Below are positions 29,268 through 38,351 of a stretch of DNA of 64,000 bases, one piece after another. Made by a program: the position numbers and the translations under genes. The notes below the pieces were generated by a model. The model searched no databases, was not told where the DNA came from, and saw only the letters and a program-made list of their open reading frames with translations. Origin of the DNA: Candidatus Brennerbacteria bacterium. Its GTDB lineage: Bacteria > Patescibacteriota > Minisyncoccia > UBA6257 > GWB1-50-10. The stretch's first letter is position 1. Each line of letters starts with the position of its first letter. The stretch is from assembly GCA_016183535.1 (NCBI GenBank), contig JACPEK010000004.1:141807-205806 (forward strand), written 5' to 3'.

Positions 29268-31259
29268 ATGAGAACCACAGAGCTTGTGGTAGGGCTGGTG
29301 CAGATCAACAACGGCTACACCGGCCAGTATTATCTCCCGTACTCGGTGGCGATGCTCGAAGCATATGCGAGGAAGAATCTTTCCCGACCGGATCGGTATC
29401 GTTTTCTCGTCCCTATTTATCGCAGGGAGCCGGTCGCGGATGCGGTGGCGAAGTTGCTCGGTGCGGATATCGTAGGGTTCAGCATCTATGTGTGGAACGA
29501 GCAGCTAAGCCTTGCGATCGCGCGAGAACTGAAAAGGCAAAAGCCCGAAGTGCTCGTGGTGTTCGGAGGTCCCCAGGTTCCGGATAACCCGGAGCGTTTC
29601 ATGGAAGAGAACCCCTTCATTGATATCGCGTGTCATGGCGAAGGCGAGAGGGTATTTTGCGCTCTTCTTGAACGATGGGAAGATAAAGAACATATCCCCG
29701 CCATCAGTTATCGGTACAACGGACAGCTCGTGCGGAACCCGCGTTTACCGCGCGTGGAGAACCTAAACGAATTTCCATCCCCATATTTGGACGGGGTTCT
29801 TGATCCTCTCATGCGCGAGAATCCCAACGGGAAATGGAACGCCATTTGGGAAACAAACCGTGGATGCCCCTTCAGTTGCACGTTTTGCGACTGGGGTTCC
29901 GCGGTCAATGCCACGAAGGTGAGGAAATGGGAAGAGGAACGGCTTTTCCGCGAGATAGATTGGTTCGCGGAGCATAAGGTCGATTTCATCTTCGGCGCCG
30001 ATGCCAATTTCGGCATCTTCGAACGTGATATTGGTATCGCAGAGCGTCTTGCGGATTCAAGGCGAAGAACCGGTTTTCCCCGTGCATTCAGCGTTTCAAG
30101 CACCAAGAATGCCACGGAAAGGTCCTTTGCGGCACAGAAAATACTTTCTGACGCCGGATTGAATACTGGTGTAACCGTTTCCATGCAATCCATGGACGTG
30201 GGAACGCTCGTGGCGATCAAGCGGGACAACATTCAGTTGGAGGGCCCAAAGGGTTTCAAGGAACTTCAGCGGAAATTCACGCTTGCAGGAATCCAAACCT
30301 CAACTGATCTCGTCCTGGGATTGCCGGGAGAGACGTACGAATCGTTCGTGCGCGGCGTGAGCGATCTTATCGCGAACGGCCAGCATAATCGCATTCTATT
30401 CTTCAACCTGACCGTCCTTCCGAACGCCGAAATGGGCGATCCGGAATACCAGAAGAAGTACGGGATGGAAACGGTGGAAACGCGCATCATCACGATCCAT
30501 GGCAATCTTCACGATAAGGAAGACGAGGTCGCGGAGTTACAACAGCTGGTGGTCGCGACGAGTACGATGCCGCGAGAGGATTGGGTGCGAGTACGTGCAC
30601 TTTCCTGGATGACTGCGTTTCTGCACTTCGACAAGGTGCTCCAGATTCCGCTTGTGGTCATACATGAGATGACCGGCATTGATTACCGGACGCTCATCGA
30701 GCTATTCTCGGAAGGCTGTTTTGGAAGCGAAGAAGAATTTCCAACCCTTTCCAAGATTCGGAAATTCTTCATTAAGAAGGCCGAGGAGATCCAGGGTGGA
30801 GCGGAGGAGTTCTGTCGTGCGCCCCAGTGGCTTGATCTGTGGTGGCCGACCGATGAGTATATGCTCATCGAACTGGCGACCAGCGGCAATCGCCTCGCGT
30901 TCTATGAGGAAGCCGAACGGGCACTCTCAGTATTTTTGATGGAGAGAGGGATGGGAAGCTGTTGCGGGGTATTGCGCGAAGCGGTCTATCTGAACGAAAG
31001 GATGTTCAAGATGCCGTTTCAGAACGAAAATCGTCGCGTGGAGCTCTCCCATAATCTATGGGAATTCTATTACACTGCGATCTGTGGCAAGCCCATTCCA
31101 TTGGAAGAGAGGGAAACGGTCGTTACCGTTGACTGCACCACCGAACGGTGGGATTCATGGGATGGCTGGTGCCGGTTCGCGGTGTGGTATGCGAGCCATC
31201 CCGGCGCATTCTTCTTTGGTATTACCCCCGACAAGAAGCAGATTGCGGGGCATTGGTAG
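29268..31259 (+). CDS. Cobalamin (B12)-binding-domain radical SAM enzyme (class B rSAM), 663 aa
   Basis: N-terminal B12-binding-like domain with VVFGGPQV. Radical SAM cluster motif CPFSCTFCDW (CxxxCxxC). Long C-terminal extension. Confidence 0.85.
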   Translation: MRTTELVVGLVQINNGYTGQYYLPYSVAMLEAYARKNLSRPDRYRFLVPIYRREPVADAVAKLLGADIVGFSIYVWNEQLSLAIARELKRQKPEVLVVFGGPQVPDNPERFMEENPFIDIACHGEGERVFCALLERWEDKEHIPAISYRYNGQLVRNPRLPRVENLNEFPSPYLDGVLDPLMRENPNGKWNAIWETNRGCPFSCTFCDWGSAVNATKVRKWEEERLFREIDWFAEHKVDFIFGADANFGIFERDIGIAERLADSRRRTGFPRAFSVSSTKNATERSFAAQKILSDAGLNTGVTVSMQSMDVGTLVAIKRDNIQLEGPKGFKELQRKFTLAGIQTSTDLVLGLPGETYESFVRGVSDLIANGQHNRILFFNLTVLPNAEMGDPEYQKKYGMETVETRIITIHGNLHDKEDEVAELQQLVVATSTMPREDWVRVRALSWMTAFLHFDKVLQIPLVVIHEMTGIDYRTLIELFSEGCFGSEEEFPTLSKIRKFFIKKAEEIQGGAEEFCRAPQWLDLWWPTDEYMLIELATSGNRLAFYEEAERALSVFLMERGMGSCCGVLREAVYLNERMFKMPFQNENRRVELSHNLWEFYYTAICGKPIPLEERETVVTVDCTTERWDSWDGWCRFAVWYASHPGAFFFGITPDKKQIAGHW

Positions 31260-31266
31260 AGTTATT

Positions 31267-31304
31267 GATCGACCGGCGCTTGTTGCACCGGTCGATTTTA
31301 TTTT
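31267..31304 (+). terminator. Rho-independent terminator after radical SAM gene 1
   Basis: gatcgaccggcg-cttgttg-caccggtcgat followed by tttatttta. Confidence 0.55.
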
Positions 31305-31314
31305 ATAGGTAATA

Positions 31315-31343
31315 TTGCCAAAATTTGACATATGTGTTATGGT
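31315..31343 (+). promoter_or_regulatory. Sigma70-like promoter TTGCCA-17-TATGGT for radical SAM gene 2
   Basis: -35 at 31315-31320 and -10 at 31338-31343. RBS gagagg. ATG at 31394. Confidence 0.4.
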
Positions 31344-31393
31344 TGCGACAGTTAATTTCAATAACCAAATAATAACCAAAACGAGAGGCAGGA

Positions 31394-33382
31394 ATGGAAA
31401 AGGAGAAGATAGTCATCGGGCTGGTGCAGGTGAACAGCGGATTCTCCGGCCAGCATTACTTCCCGTATTCCGTGGGAGTGCTCCAAGCGTATGCGAAGGA
31501 GCATCTCCCCGGAGTGGAACGTATCGATTTTTTGCTCCCCGTCTACCGCCGCATTCGTGTGGCGGAAGCGGCGGAACAGCTGGAAGGTGCGGACATCGTG
31601 GCATTCAGCACGTATGTCTGGAACATCCGTTTATCACTGGCCATAGCCGCAGAGCTGAAACGGCGCAGACCGAAAACGCTCATCGTGTTCGGTGGGCCGC
31701 AAGTACCGCGTCATGATCGCCCATGGGAAGTCAAAGCGTTCCTCACGAAGAACCCCCAGATTGATGTCGCGATCCATGGCGCAGGCGAAGAGCCGTTCTT
31801 GGGAATTCTCACGCACGGACTCGGGGGAAATTGGGAGCGCATCCCTTCCGCAAGTTTTTTACGTGACACCATGCTTCAACAGAACGCTCCCGCGACCTCG
31901 CTTTCTGATCTTTCCAAAGTCCCTTCCCCATATCTGAGAGGCGTTTTTGATCCGCTCATCGCGGCGAACCCTTCGGAGCGATGGATCGTGCTTTGGGAGA
32001 CCGATCGTAATTGCCCGTTCAGCTGCACGTTTTGTGGCTGGGGACTGCTTGAAAATAAACCCACCGTGTGGCCGATGGACCGTGTCATGAAAGAGGTCGA
32101 CTGGTTCGCGGAACATGAGATTAATTTTGTGTTCTGCGCCAATGCAAACTTTTTTCTGACAAAGCGTGATTTGGAAATTGCGCGCTATGTGGCCGAGACG
32201 AAACTGAAGAGAGGTTTCCCGAGGTTTCTTTCGGTGCAGGACGCAAAGAACTCCGTGGAGCGCGTGTTTGAGGGCAGGATGGTGATGGAGAAAGCGGGAT
32301 TGAACACCGGAGTGGTTATTTCGCTCCAGGCGGTAGATCCTGAAACGCTTCGCATTATTCGACGTAATAACATCAAACTCGACGCGTATCAGGAAGTTCA
32401 ACGGAAGTTCCGCGCGAACGGCATCGAGACCATGACCGACCTCATTCTTCCTTTGGCGGGACAAACGTACCCGAGCTTTGCGAACGGAGTTTCCGAGGTC
32501 ATCGACCACGGCCAGCACAACAGGATTCAGTTCAATTTGTGTTGTTCGGTTCCTGATGCCGAGATGTCCCACCGTGATTATATGGCGCAATACGGTCTTG
32601 AAACGGTAACGACGAAGATGGTCAACATCCATGGCAAGGTCGAAAATGAAGAGGTTCCCGAAACCCAGGACCTCATTATTGCGACTGCGGCCATGCCGAG
32701 AGAGGATTGGGTGCGTGCACGCGCGTTCAGTTGGATGGTGGGACTTCTGCATTTCGACAAACTCCTGCAGATTCCTATTGTGCTCATCCGAAAGCTCGCG
32801 AACGCGAGCTACCGGGAGATCGTAGAATTTTTCTCCGAAGGCCAATTTGGTTCTCGGGAAGCATTTCCCAGCCTGACCAGGATCCGCGAGTTTTTCCTCG
32901 AGAAAGCTCGTGATATCCAGAACGGCGGGACCGAGTACGTTCATTCGAAGGAATGGCTCGACATCTACTGGCCTGCTGACGAGTTCATCTTTATTGAGCT
33001 CGCCATCAAAGGAAAACTCGAGGAGTTCTATGTTGAAGCGGAACTGGCGTTGAAGCGTTTTCTGGAACAGCGGGAAGTTTCCATCCAGGGGAAATTGCTT
33101 CGCGACGCATTTCGTCTCAACCAGAGCTTGCTGAAGCAACCATTCCAAACGCGGGATGTGACCGTGGATCTCACCTACAATGTGTGGGAATTCTACCGTG
33201 GTGTGATGGATGGGAGGGAGGTTCCAATCGAGGAAGGGAAATTCCAGTATCACATTGATCGCACTAGCGTTCGATGGGAGACATGGGAGACCTGGTGCCG
33301 CGAGGTGGTGTGGTTCGGTAACAAGCGCGGCGCATATCTCTACGGGAACATTCCTGTCGAGCAGATCGCCGGACACTACTAA
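31394..33382 (+). CDS. Cobalamin (B12)-binding-domain radical SAM enzyme, paralog of 29268-31259 (662 aa)
   Basis: Contains IVFGGPQV and CPFSCTFCGW (CxxxCxxC). Colinear with gene 1 at roughly 50% identity by eye. Confidence 0.85.
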   Translation: MEKEKIVIGLVQVNSGFSGQHYFPYSVGVLQAYAKEHLPGVERIDFLLPVYRRIRVAEAAEQLEGADIVAFSTYVWNIRLSLAIAAELKRRRPKTLIVFGGPQVPRHDRPWEVKAFLTKNPQIDVAIHGAGEEPFLGILTHGLGGNWERIPSASFLRDTMLQQNAPATSLSDLSKVPSPYLRGVFDPLIAANPSERWIVLWETDRNCPFSCTFCGWGLLENKPTVWPMDRVMKEVDWFAEHEINFVFCANANFFLTKRDLEIARYVAETKLKRGFPRFLSVQDAKNSVERVFEGRMVMEKAGLNTGVVISLQAVDPETLRIIRRNNIKLDAYQEVQRKFRANGIETMTDLILPLAGQTYPSFANGVSEVIDHGQHNRIQFNLCCSVPDAEMSHRDYMAQYGLETVTTKMVNIHGKVENEEVPETQDLIIATAAMPREDWVRARAFSWMVGLLHFDKLLQIPIVLIRKLANASYREIVEFFSEGQFGSREAFPSLTRIREFFLEKARDIQNGGTEYVHSKEWLDIYWPADEFIFIELAIKGKLEEFYVEAELALKRFLEQREVSIQGKLLRDAFRLNQSLLKQPFQTRDVTVDLTYNVWEFYRGVMDGREVPIEEGKFQYHIDRTSVRWETWETWCREVVWFGNKRGAYLYGNIPVEQIAGHY

Positions 33383-33386
33383 CGTG

Positions 33387-33418
33387 AAAAGAGGCGTTGT
33401 AAAACGCCTCTTTTTTAT
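33387..33418 (+). terminator. Rho-independent terminator after radical SAM gene 2
   Basis: aagaggcgtt-gtaa-aacgcctctt followed by ttttttatt. Confidence 0.6.
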
Positions 33419-33458
33419 TGCAAATTTCGACTCAATCATTTACGATACCAAAGCATTT

Positions 33459-34451
33459 ATGATCCTTACACGAACGCCCTACCGCATCTCGTTCTTCGGC
33501 GGTGGGACCGACTATCCGGCGTGGTTCGAAAACTTCGGCACCGGCGCCGTACTTTCCACCACTATCGACAAATATTGCTATCTGGCATGCCGTTTTTTGC
33601 CGCCTTTCTTCGAGCACAAGAGCAGGATCGTGTGGTCGAAGATAGAAGTGGTGAATCACCACGACGATATCGAACATCCGACCGCGCGCGAAGCGCTCAA
33701 GCTTCTCGACGTTAAAGACGGCGTGGAGATACACCACTATGGCGACTTGCCCGCGCGGAGCGGCATGGGATCCAGCTCGGCCTTTGCGGTGGGACTACTC
33801 CACGCCTTAAATGTGCTCCACGGACGTCCCGTCACTAAAAAGCAGCTCGCGATGGATTCGATCCATATCGAGCAGGAACGGCTGGGACATAGCGTGGGGT
33901 GCCAGGACCAGACTGCGGCGGCGTACGGAGGGTTCAATCGCATAACCTTCGGAGGATCCGAGAAGATCAACGTCCGTCCCGTCACCGCCTCTCCGGAAAC
34001 CAAAGAGGTGCTTCAAGAGCGGCTCCTCATGTTCTTCACGGGTCTCTCACGGGACGCGTTCGAGGTAGCGGAGCAACAAGTTCGCGTGACCGGTCAAAAA
34101 AAAGAAGAACTCACAAAAATGCTCTCTTTGGTGGACCAAGCGGAAAAAATTCTACAGGAAACCCCGCACCACATTGATGAATTCGGCAGACTTCTTCATG
34201 AAACCTGGACGCTCAAAAGGAGTTTGACAGATGTGATCTCCAATTCTCGGATTGATGACATCTATGAGCGTGCTCGCGCGGCGGGTGCGCTCGGCGGTAA
34301 GTTGTTGGGAGCGGGAGGTGGAGGATTTTTATTGTTGTATGTGAAGCCGGAGGAACAAGAAACCGTGAAGAGCGCACTCAAAGATCTTTTACATGTGCCG
34401 TTTTCATTCGAGAATGAGGGTACTAAACTTATATATCAAGACGGTTCGTAG
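33459..34451 (+). CDS. GHMP-family sugar kinase (D-glycero-D-manno-heptose 7-phosphate kinase HddA-like)
   Basis: N-terminus reads MILTRTPYRISFFGGGTDYP. GHMP ATP motif reads PARSGMGSSSAFAVG. ATG at 33459, since the longer ORF overlaps the upstream gene and terminator. Confidence 0.8.
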   Translation: MILTRTPYRISFFGGGTDYPAWFENFGTGAVLSTTIDKYCYLACRFLPPFFEHKSRIVWSKIEVVNHHDDIEHPTAREALKLLDVKDGVEIHHYGDLPARSGMGSSSAFAVGLLHALNVLHGRPVTKKQLAMDSIHIEQERLGHSVGCQDQTAAAYGGFNRITFGGSEKINVRPVTASPETKEVLQERLLMFFTGLSRDAFEVAEQQVRVTGQKKEELTKMLSLVDQAEKILQETPHHIDEFGRLLHETWTLKRSLTDVISNSRIDDIYERARAAGALGGKLLGAGGGGFLLLYVKPEEQETVKSALKDLLHVPFSFENEGTKLIYQDGS

Positions 34452-34453
34452 CA

Positions 34454-35506
34454 ATGAGTAACGTCGTACGCATTATGACCATCCTTATTACTGGAAATCG
34501 TGGGTATATCGGACCTATTCTCGTCGAAATGCTCTTAGCGAAAGGGTATGAGGTGGTAGGTTATGATGCCGGCTATTACGCTGGCAATGAGCTCTACACA
34601 ACCAAGAACGAAATAAAACAAATCACAAAAGACGTAAGAGAAATCAAGGAAGAAGATCTGAACGGCGTTGATGTGGTCATACATCTGGCGGGGCTTAGCA
34701 CCGATCCGCTGGGGGAATTAGACGAACGCCTCACCGAGGAGATTAATTTTAGAGCGACTATCAAACTTGCAAGACTTGCAAGAAGCGCGGGAGTTAAGCG
34801 TTTTGTGTATGCTTCTTCCCAGAGCATGTACGGAGTGGCGGACACCGATTACGAGTTGGATGAAGATGCGCCAAAAAATCCCGTTACGGCCTATGCCCGC
34901 ACCAAATGGGAGGCGGAGCAAGAATTGGGAAAGCTCGATAGTGATGATTTTACAGTGACGTCGTTCAGGCCTTCAACGGTGTTCGGTCCGAGCCCAAACT
35001 TGAGGTGTGATATTGTATTTAATAGTCTTGTGGCGTCGGCGTATACCACCGGCAACATTGAGATCAAAAGTGACGGCACTCCGTGGAGGCCCGTGGTTCA
35101 CATCAAGGACGTTTCAAGGGCTTTTATCGCGGGCATAGAAGCTCCGCGGGAGTTGGTGGGAGGCCAATCCTTCAACGTCGGCATTCCGAACGGGAATTAT
35201 ACCGTGAGGGAACTTGCGGAGGCCGCACAGCGCGCGGTTCCCGGGAGCAAGTTGAAATTCACAGGCGAACACGGCCCCGACTCGAGGACGTACCGAGTCT
35301 CATTCAAAAAGATACTCTCGGTTCTTAAAGATTATTACAAGCCGGAGTGGGATTTAGATAAAGGAGGGGAGGAGCTTATAGCTTTCTTCAAGCGAGTGAA
35401 TTTCACTGAGGCGCAATTTCGAGGAAGACCGGCGATACGCCTTGAGCAGATCAAATATCTTTTGCGTGGAAAGAAATTAGACGAGAATTTGTTATGGCGC
35501 ACGTAA
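34454..35506 (+). CDS. NAD-dependent epimerase/dehydratase family protein (extended SDR)
   Basis: Contains ILITGNRGYIGP and YARTKWEAE (YxxxK). Confidence 0.8.
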   Translation: MSNVVRIMTILITGNRGYIGPILVEMLLAKGYEVVGYDAGYYAGNELYTTKNEIKQITKDVREIKEEDLNGVDVVIHLAGLSTDPLGELDERLTEEINFRATIKLARLARSAGVKRFVYASSQSMYGVADTDYELDEDAPKNPVTAYARTKWEAEQELGKLDSDDFTVTSFRPSTVFGPSPNLRCDIVFNSLVASAYTTGNIEIKSDGTPWRPVVHIKDVSRAFIAGIEAPRELVGGQSFNVGIPNGNYTVRELAEAAQRAVPGSKLKFTGEHGPDSRTYRVSFKKILSVLKDYYKPEWDLDKGGEELIAFFKRVNFTEAQFRGRPAIRLEQIKYLLRGKKLDENLLWRT

Positions 35507-36240
35507 CTCGTATTACTCAAGCGGTTATACTTGCGGGAGGCGCAGGAACCCGTCTCAAACCCCTCACCGATCACACGCCAAAGCCGATGATACTCATGAA
35601 CGGCAAGCCCTTTCTTGAGTATTTAATTAAACAATTAAAGGAAAACGGTATTGAAGAAGTTCTCCTCCTTCTCGGCTACTTACCGGAGAAAACCATTGCT
35701 CATTTTGGAGATGGAGCGAAGTTTGGTGTGAGAATAAAATATTCCGTCACCCCCGTGGAAGACAGCATTGGCACGCGTATCCGAAAGGCGGCTGATCTTA
35801 TGGAGGACTATTTTATCCTCTTGAACTGTGACAACTTCTGGCCTCTTCGCATCGAGGAATTGGTGAAGTTTCACAATAAAATGAATTCTCTCATAACTAC
35901 GGTCGTATATACCAACAAGAATGGCATCACAAAGAACAATGTATTGGTGGATGACGAAGGATATATTGTGCGGTTTGATCCGTCCCGTACCGATCCGGAT
36001 TTGAACGGAGTGAATCTTGTATACGCCATTACCAGTAAGGAAGTGATTGGTCTTATGCCGACAGGAGATTTTGACTATGAGAAGGTAATGTTTCCCATGC
36101 TCATTGCCCAACGCAAACTCGCGGGATATCGGAGCGATGAGCGACATCATAGTATTGGAAGCTTGGAACGTCTCCCCGGGACCGAACAGTTTTTGAAAAC
36201 GCTCGATGAAAAAAATAAAAACGAAAGCAATCTTTCTTGA
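35494..36240 (+). CDS. Sugar-1-phosphate nucleotidyltransferase (HddC / mannose-1-P guanylyltransferase-like)
   Basis: Contains AVILAGGAGTRLKPLTDHTPKPM (the G-x-G-T-R-L motif of NTP-transferases). About 248 aa. Confidence 0.8.
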   Translation: MAHVTRITQAVILAGGAGTRLKPLTDHTPKPMILMNGKPFLEYLIKQLKENGIEEVLLLLGYLPEKTIAHFGDGAKFGVRIKYSVTPVEDSIGTRIRKAADLMEDYFILLNCDNFWPLRIEELVKFHNKMNSLITTVVYTNKNGITKNNVLVDDEGYIVRFDPSRTDPDLNGVNLVYAITSKEVIGLMPTGDFDYEKVMFPMLIAQRKLAGYRSDERHHSIGSLERLPGTEQFLKTLDEKNKNESNLS

Positions 36241-36784
36241 TAGGGACGGTACAATCGTTCGTCACACGAAAAAATTTATTGTTCGCGCTTCCCAACTACG
36301 TCTTCTCGCGGGCGTTCCGGAGGCACTCCGGGCGTTCAATGAAATGGGTTTCTTAGCCGTCCTTATTACGAATCAACCGGTTATCTCTCGCGGTCTTATA
36401 ACGCCGCGCGGCATGGAGAAACTCCACGCTTCTCTTTTTGAGAGACTTAAACGTCGTGGTGCGCGTATTGATGCCGCATACGTATGTCCCCACCATCCCG
36501 ACGGGAAAATTCCTCCTTACGGCAGAAAATGTCGTTGCAGAAAACCGGAGCCCGGGATGATTTTACAGGCGATAAAAGATATGAATATAGATCCAAGAAA
36601 AAGCTTTATGATAGGCGACGCGTTGATAGATATAGTGACAGGAAAGAAGGCGCACACGCGCACTATTTTGGTAAAAACCGGACCGGGCCATTCACGCTTA
36701 GATAAATTTTACCAACGCACCAAGCCGAATTTTGTCGCAAAAAACCTCCTTGTCGCCGCAAGGATAGTTAAAAAAGTGAAATAA
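36206..36784 (+). CDS. gmhB: D,D-heptose 1,7-bisphosphate phosphatase (HAD-IIIA, GmhB-like)
   Basis: Contains AIFLDRDGTIV (the DxDGT motif). The Zn-binding insert reads CPHHPDGKIPPYGRKCRCRKP. Also contains MIGDALIDI. Confidence 0.85.
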   Translation: MKKIKTKAIFLDRDGTIVRHTKKFIVRASQLRLLAGVPEALRAFNEMGFLAVLITNQPVISRGLITPRGMEKLHASLFERLKRRGARIDAAYVCPHHPDGKIPPYGRKCRCRKPEPGMILQAIKDMNIDPRKSFMIGDALIDIVTGKKAHTRTILVKTGPGHSRLDKFYQRTKPNFVAKNLLVAARIVKKVK

Positions 36785-36831
36785 GGTTTCGTTTTGTTGA
36801 CGGACGCCCTCGTGCATAATAGATTTAAGCA

Positions 36832-37518
36832 ATGAAGATCGCAGATCATAACTCGCTAATGAGCGAACTCGATTCGTGGGTTCGCGAGATGGGGAACGGC
36901 GAATATATTCCACAAGAAGATTCCCGCGCCGCTACGAATTCCGGCCTTTTGCCAGATTACGGTATTCAGCAGGTTCGTGAGGAAATTTCCGAGTTCTCAA
37001 AGTTTCTCATCAATCGTGGTAAAAATGGGAGCATTTTAGAAATAGGGTTAGGATACTTCGGGAGCACCCACTTTCTATGGAGATTACTATTCGATCGAGT
37101 GGCCACGGTGGAGAGCAACCATAGCCGCTTCCTTACATTCGGGAAAAATACTCGCGAGTATTATAAAAAATGGATTTTGGACGACGGAAAAAGTTCCTTC
37201 TTTGGGGGATTTTCGAGCGAGCCTTCCATCATCGAGCGGGTATACAAATCCTTCAAAGAGGGGATCGACGTGCTCTTCATAGATGCCGACCATAGTTATG
37301 GTGGTATTCTCTCGGATTGGTTGATATATGCTCCGCTTGTGAAATCCGGCGGCATCGTTGCTTTTCACGATCTTGAATTGGATTACGATCATGATAGGGG
37401 ACCGAAAGGATTTTTTGAGGATTTGGAGAGCGGGAACGTCGTCCCAGGAAAGCAGTTCAAACTTGAGAGGATCCTTCATTCGAAATACCACGGTATCGGA
37501 TTTTATGTGAAGGAATGA
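36832..37518 (+). CDS. Class I SAM-dependent methyltransferase (Methyltransf_24 / cephalosporin-hydroxylase-like O-MT fold)
   Basis: Contains ILEIGLGYFGST and DVLFIDADHSYGGILSDWLIYAPLVKSGGIVAFHD. Confidence 0.65.
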   Translation: MKIADHNSLMSELDSWVREMGNGEYIPQEDSRAATNSGLLPDYGIQQVREEISEFSKFLINRGKNGSILEIGLGYFGSTHFLWRLLFDRVATVESNHSRFLTFGKNTREYYKKWILDDGKSSFFGGFSSEPSIIERVYKSFKEGIDVLFIDADHSYGGILSDWLIYAPLVKSGGIVAFHDLELDYDHDRGPKGFFEDLESGNVVPGKQFKLERILHSKYHGIGFYVKE

Positions 37519-37586
37519 ACATTCGAGAGCGCTGGCATAGGAAGGGGTTCAACTGCAAATAGCGCTTGGAAGGCGCTATTAGCGTT

Positions 37587-38351
37587 ATGGAAAATCTTCT
37601 TGTAAAAATATTCGGTCATATCGGTACCGTTTTACACGGGGACGCGGCTGTTTTTGATCGGTGGCGGTGGCTAAGAAAAAACCTCCGTCACGGACAGCTA
37701 CATACCCTGGACGCGGGTTGTGGTTCTGGCGCATTCGCGCTCTATGCGGCGAAGATCGGGAATGAGGTGGTCGGCATCTCTTTTGATGAGAGGAACAACG
37801 GAGTGGCGCAAGCCCGAGCGGGTATCCTAGGGTTTACCGACGCGCGATTCGTCACGGGAGATTTAAGGAGACTCGACGAGTTTGCCTCGTCGCTCGGAGA
37901 ATTCGACCAGATCATCTGTTTTGAAACCATTGAGCATATCCTCGGGGACAGAAAGCTCATTAAAGACCTCTCCGATCTCTTGAGGCCGGGCGGCCGTCTC
38001 CTGCTCACCACGCCTTATAAACACTATTCAAAACGGTTACTGGGCGACGATAAGGTTCCGCTCTCAACCCATGAAGATGGGGGACACGTGAGGTGGGGAT
38101 ATACCCACGAAGAGTTGGAGCGAATATTTAACGGAGCCGGTCTTTCTGTTGTGAGAAAAGATTACGTTTCCGGCATTATCTCCCAACTCAACATCGTTCT
38201 CTACCGGATCCTGCAGTCGAAAATAAATTACAAGATTGCCTGGGGTCTTTCTTTCCCCTTTAGAATATTGGTAGTGTTCGATTCGCTCGTCACGGAGCTC
38301 ATAGGGTTTCCGCATCTGTCGGTCGCGGTGGTGGGGGAGAAAAAAACATGA
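37587..38351 (+). CDS. Class I SAM-dependent methyltransferase
   Basis: Contains TLDAGCGSGAFALYAA and LRPGGRLLLTTP. The ATG at 37587 is preferred over the TTG at 37566. Confidence 0.75.
   Translation: MENLLVKIFGHIGTVLHGDAAVFDRWRWLRKNLRHGQLHTLDAGCGSGAFALYAAKIGNEVVGISFDERNNGVAQARAGILGFTDARFVTGDLRRLDEFASSLGEFDQIICFETIEHILGDRKLIKDLSDLLRPGGRLLLTTPYKHYSKRLLGDDKVPLSTHEDGGHVRWGYTHEELERIFNGAGLSVVRKDYVSGIISQLNIVLYRILQSKINYKIAWGLSFPFRILVVFDSLVTELIGFPHLSVAVVGEKKT

Noticed and set aside
29024-29587. 187-aa + strand ORF spanning the SDR 3' end, terminator, promoter and the start of radical SAM gene 1
   Set aside because: It crosses a terminator hairpin and a promoter and is out of frame with both real genes. 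Spurious.
31859-33439. 526-aa minus-strand ORF antisense to radical SAM gene 2
   Set aside because: The forward frame carries the CxxxCxxC and B12-domain motifs and is paralogous to gene 1. The antisense ORF has no features and spans the terminator.
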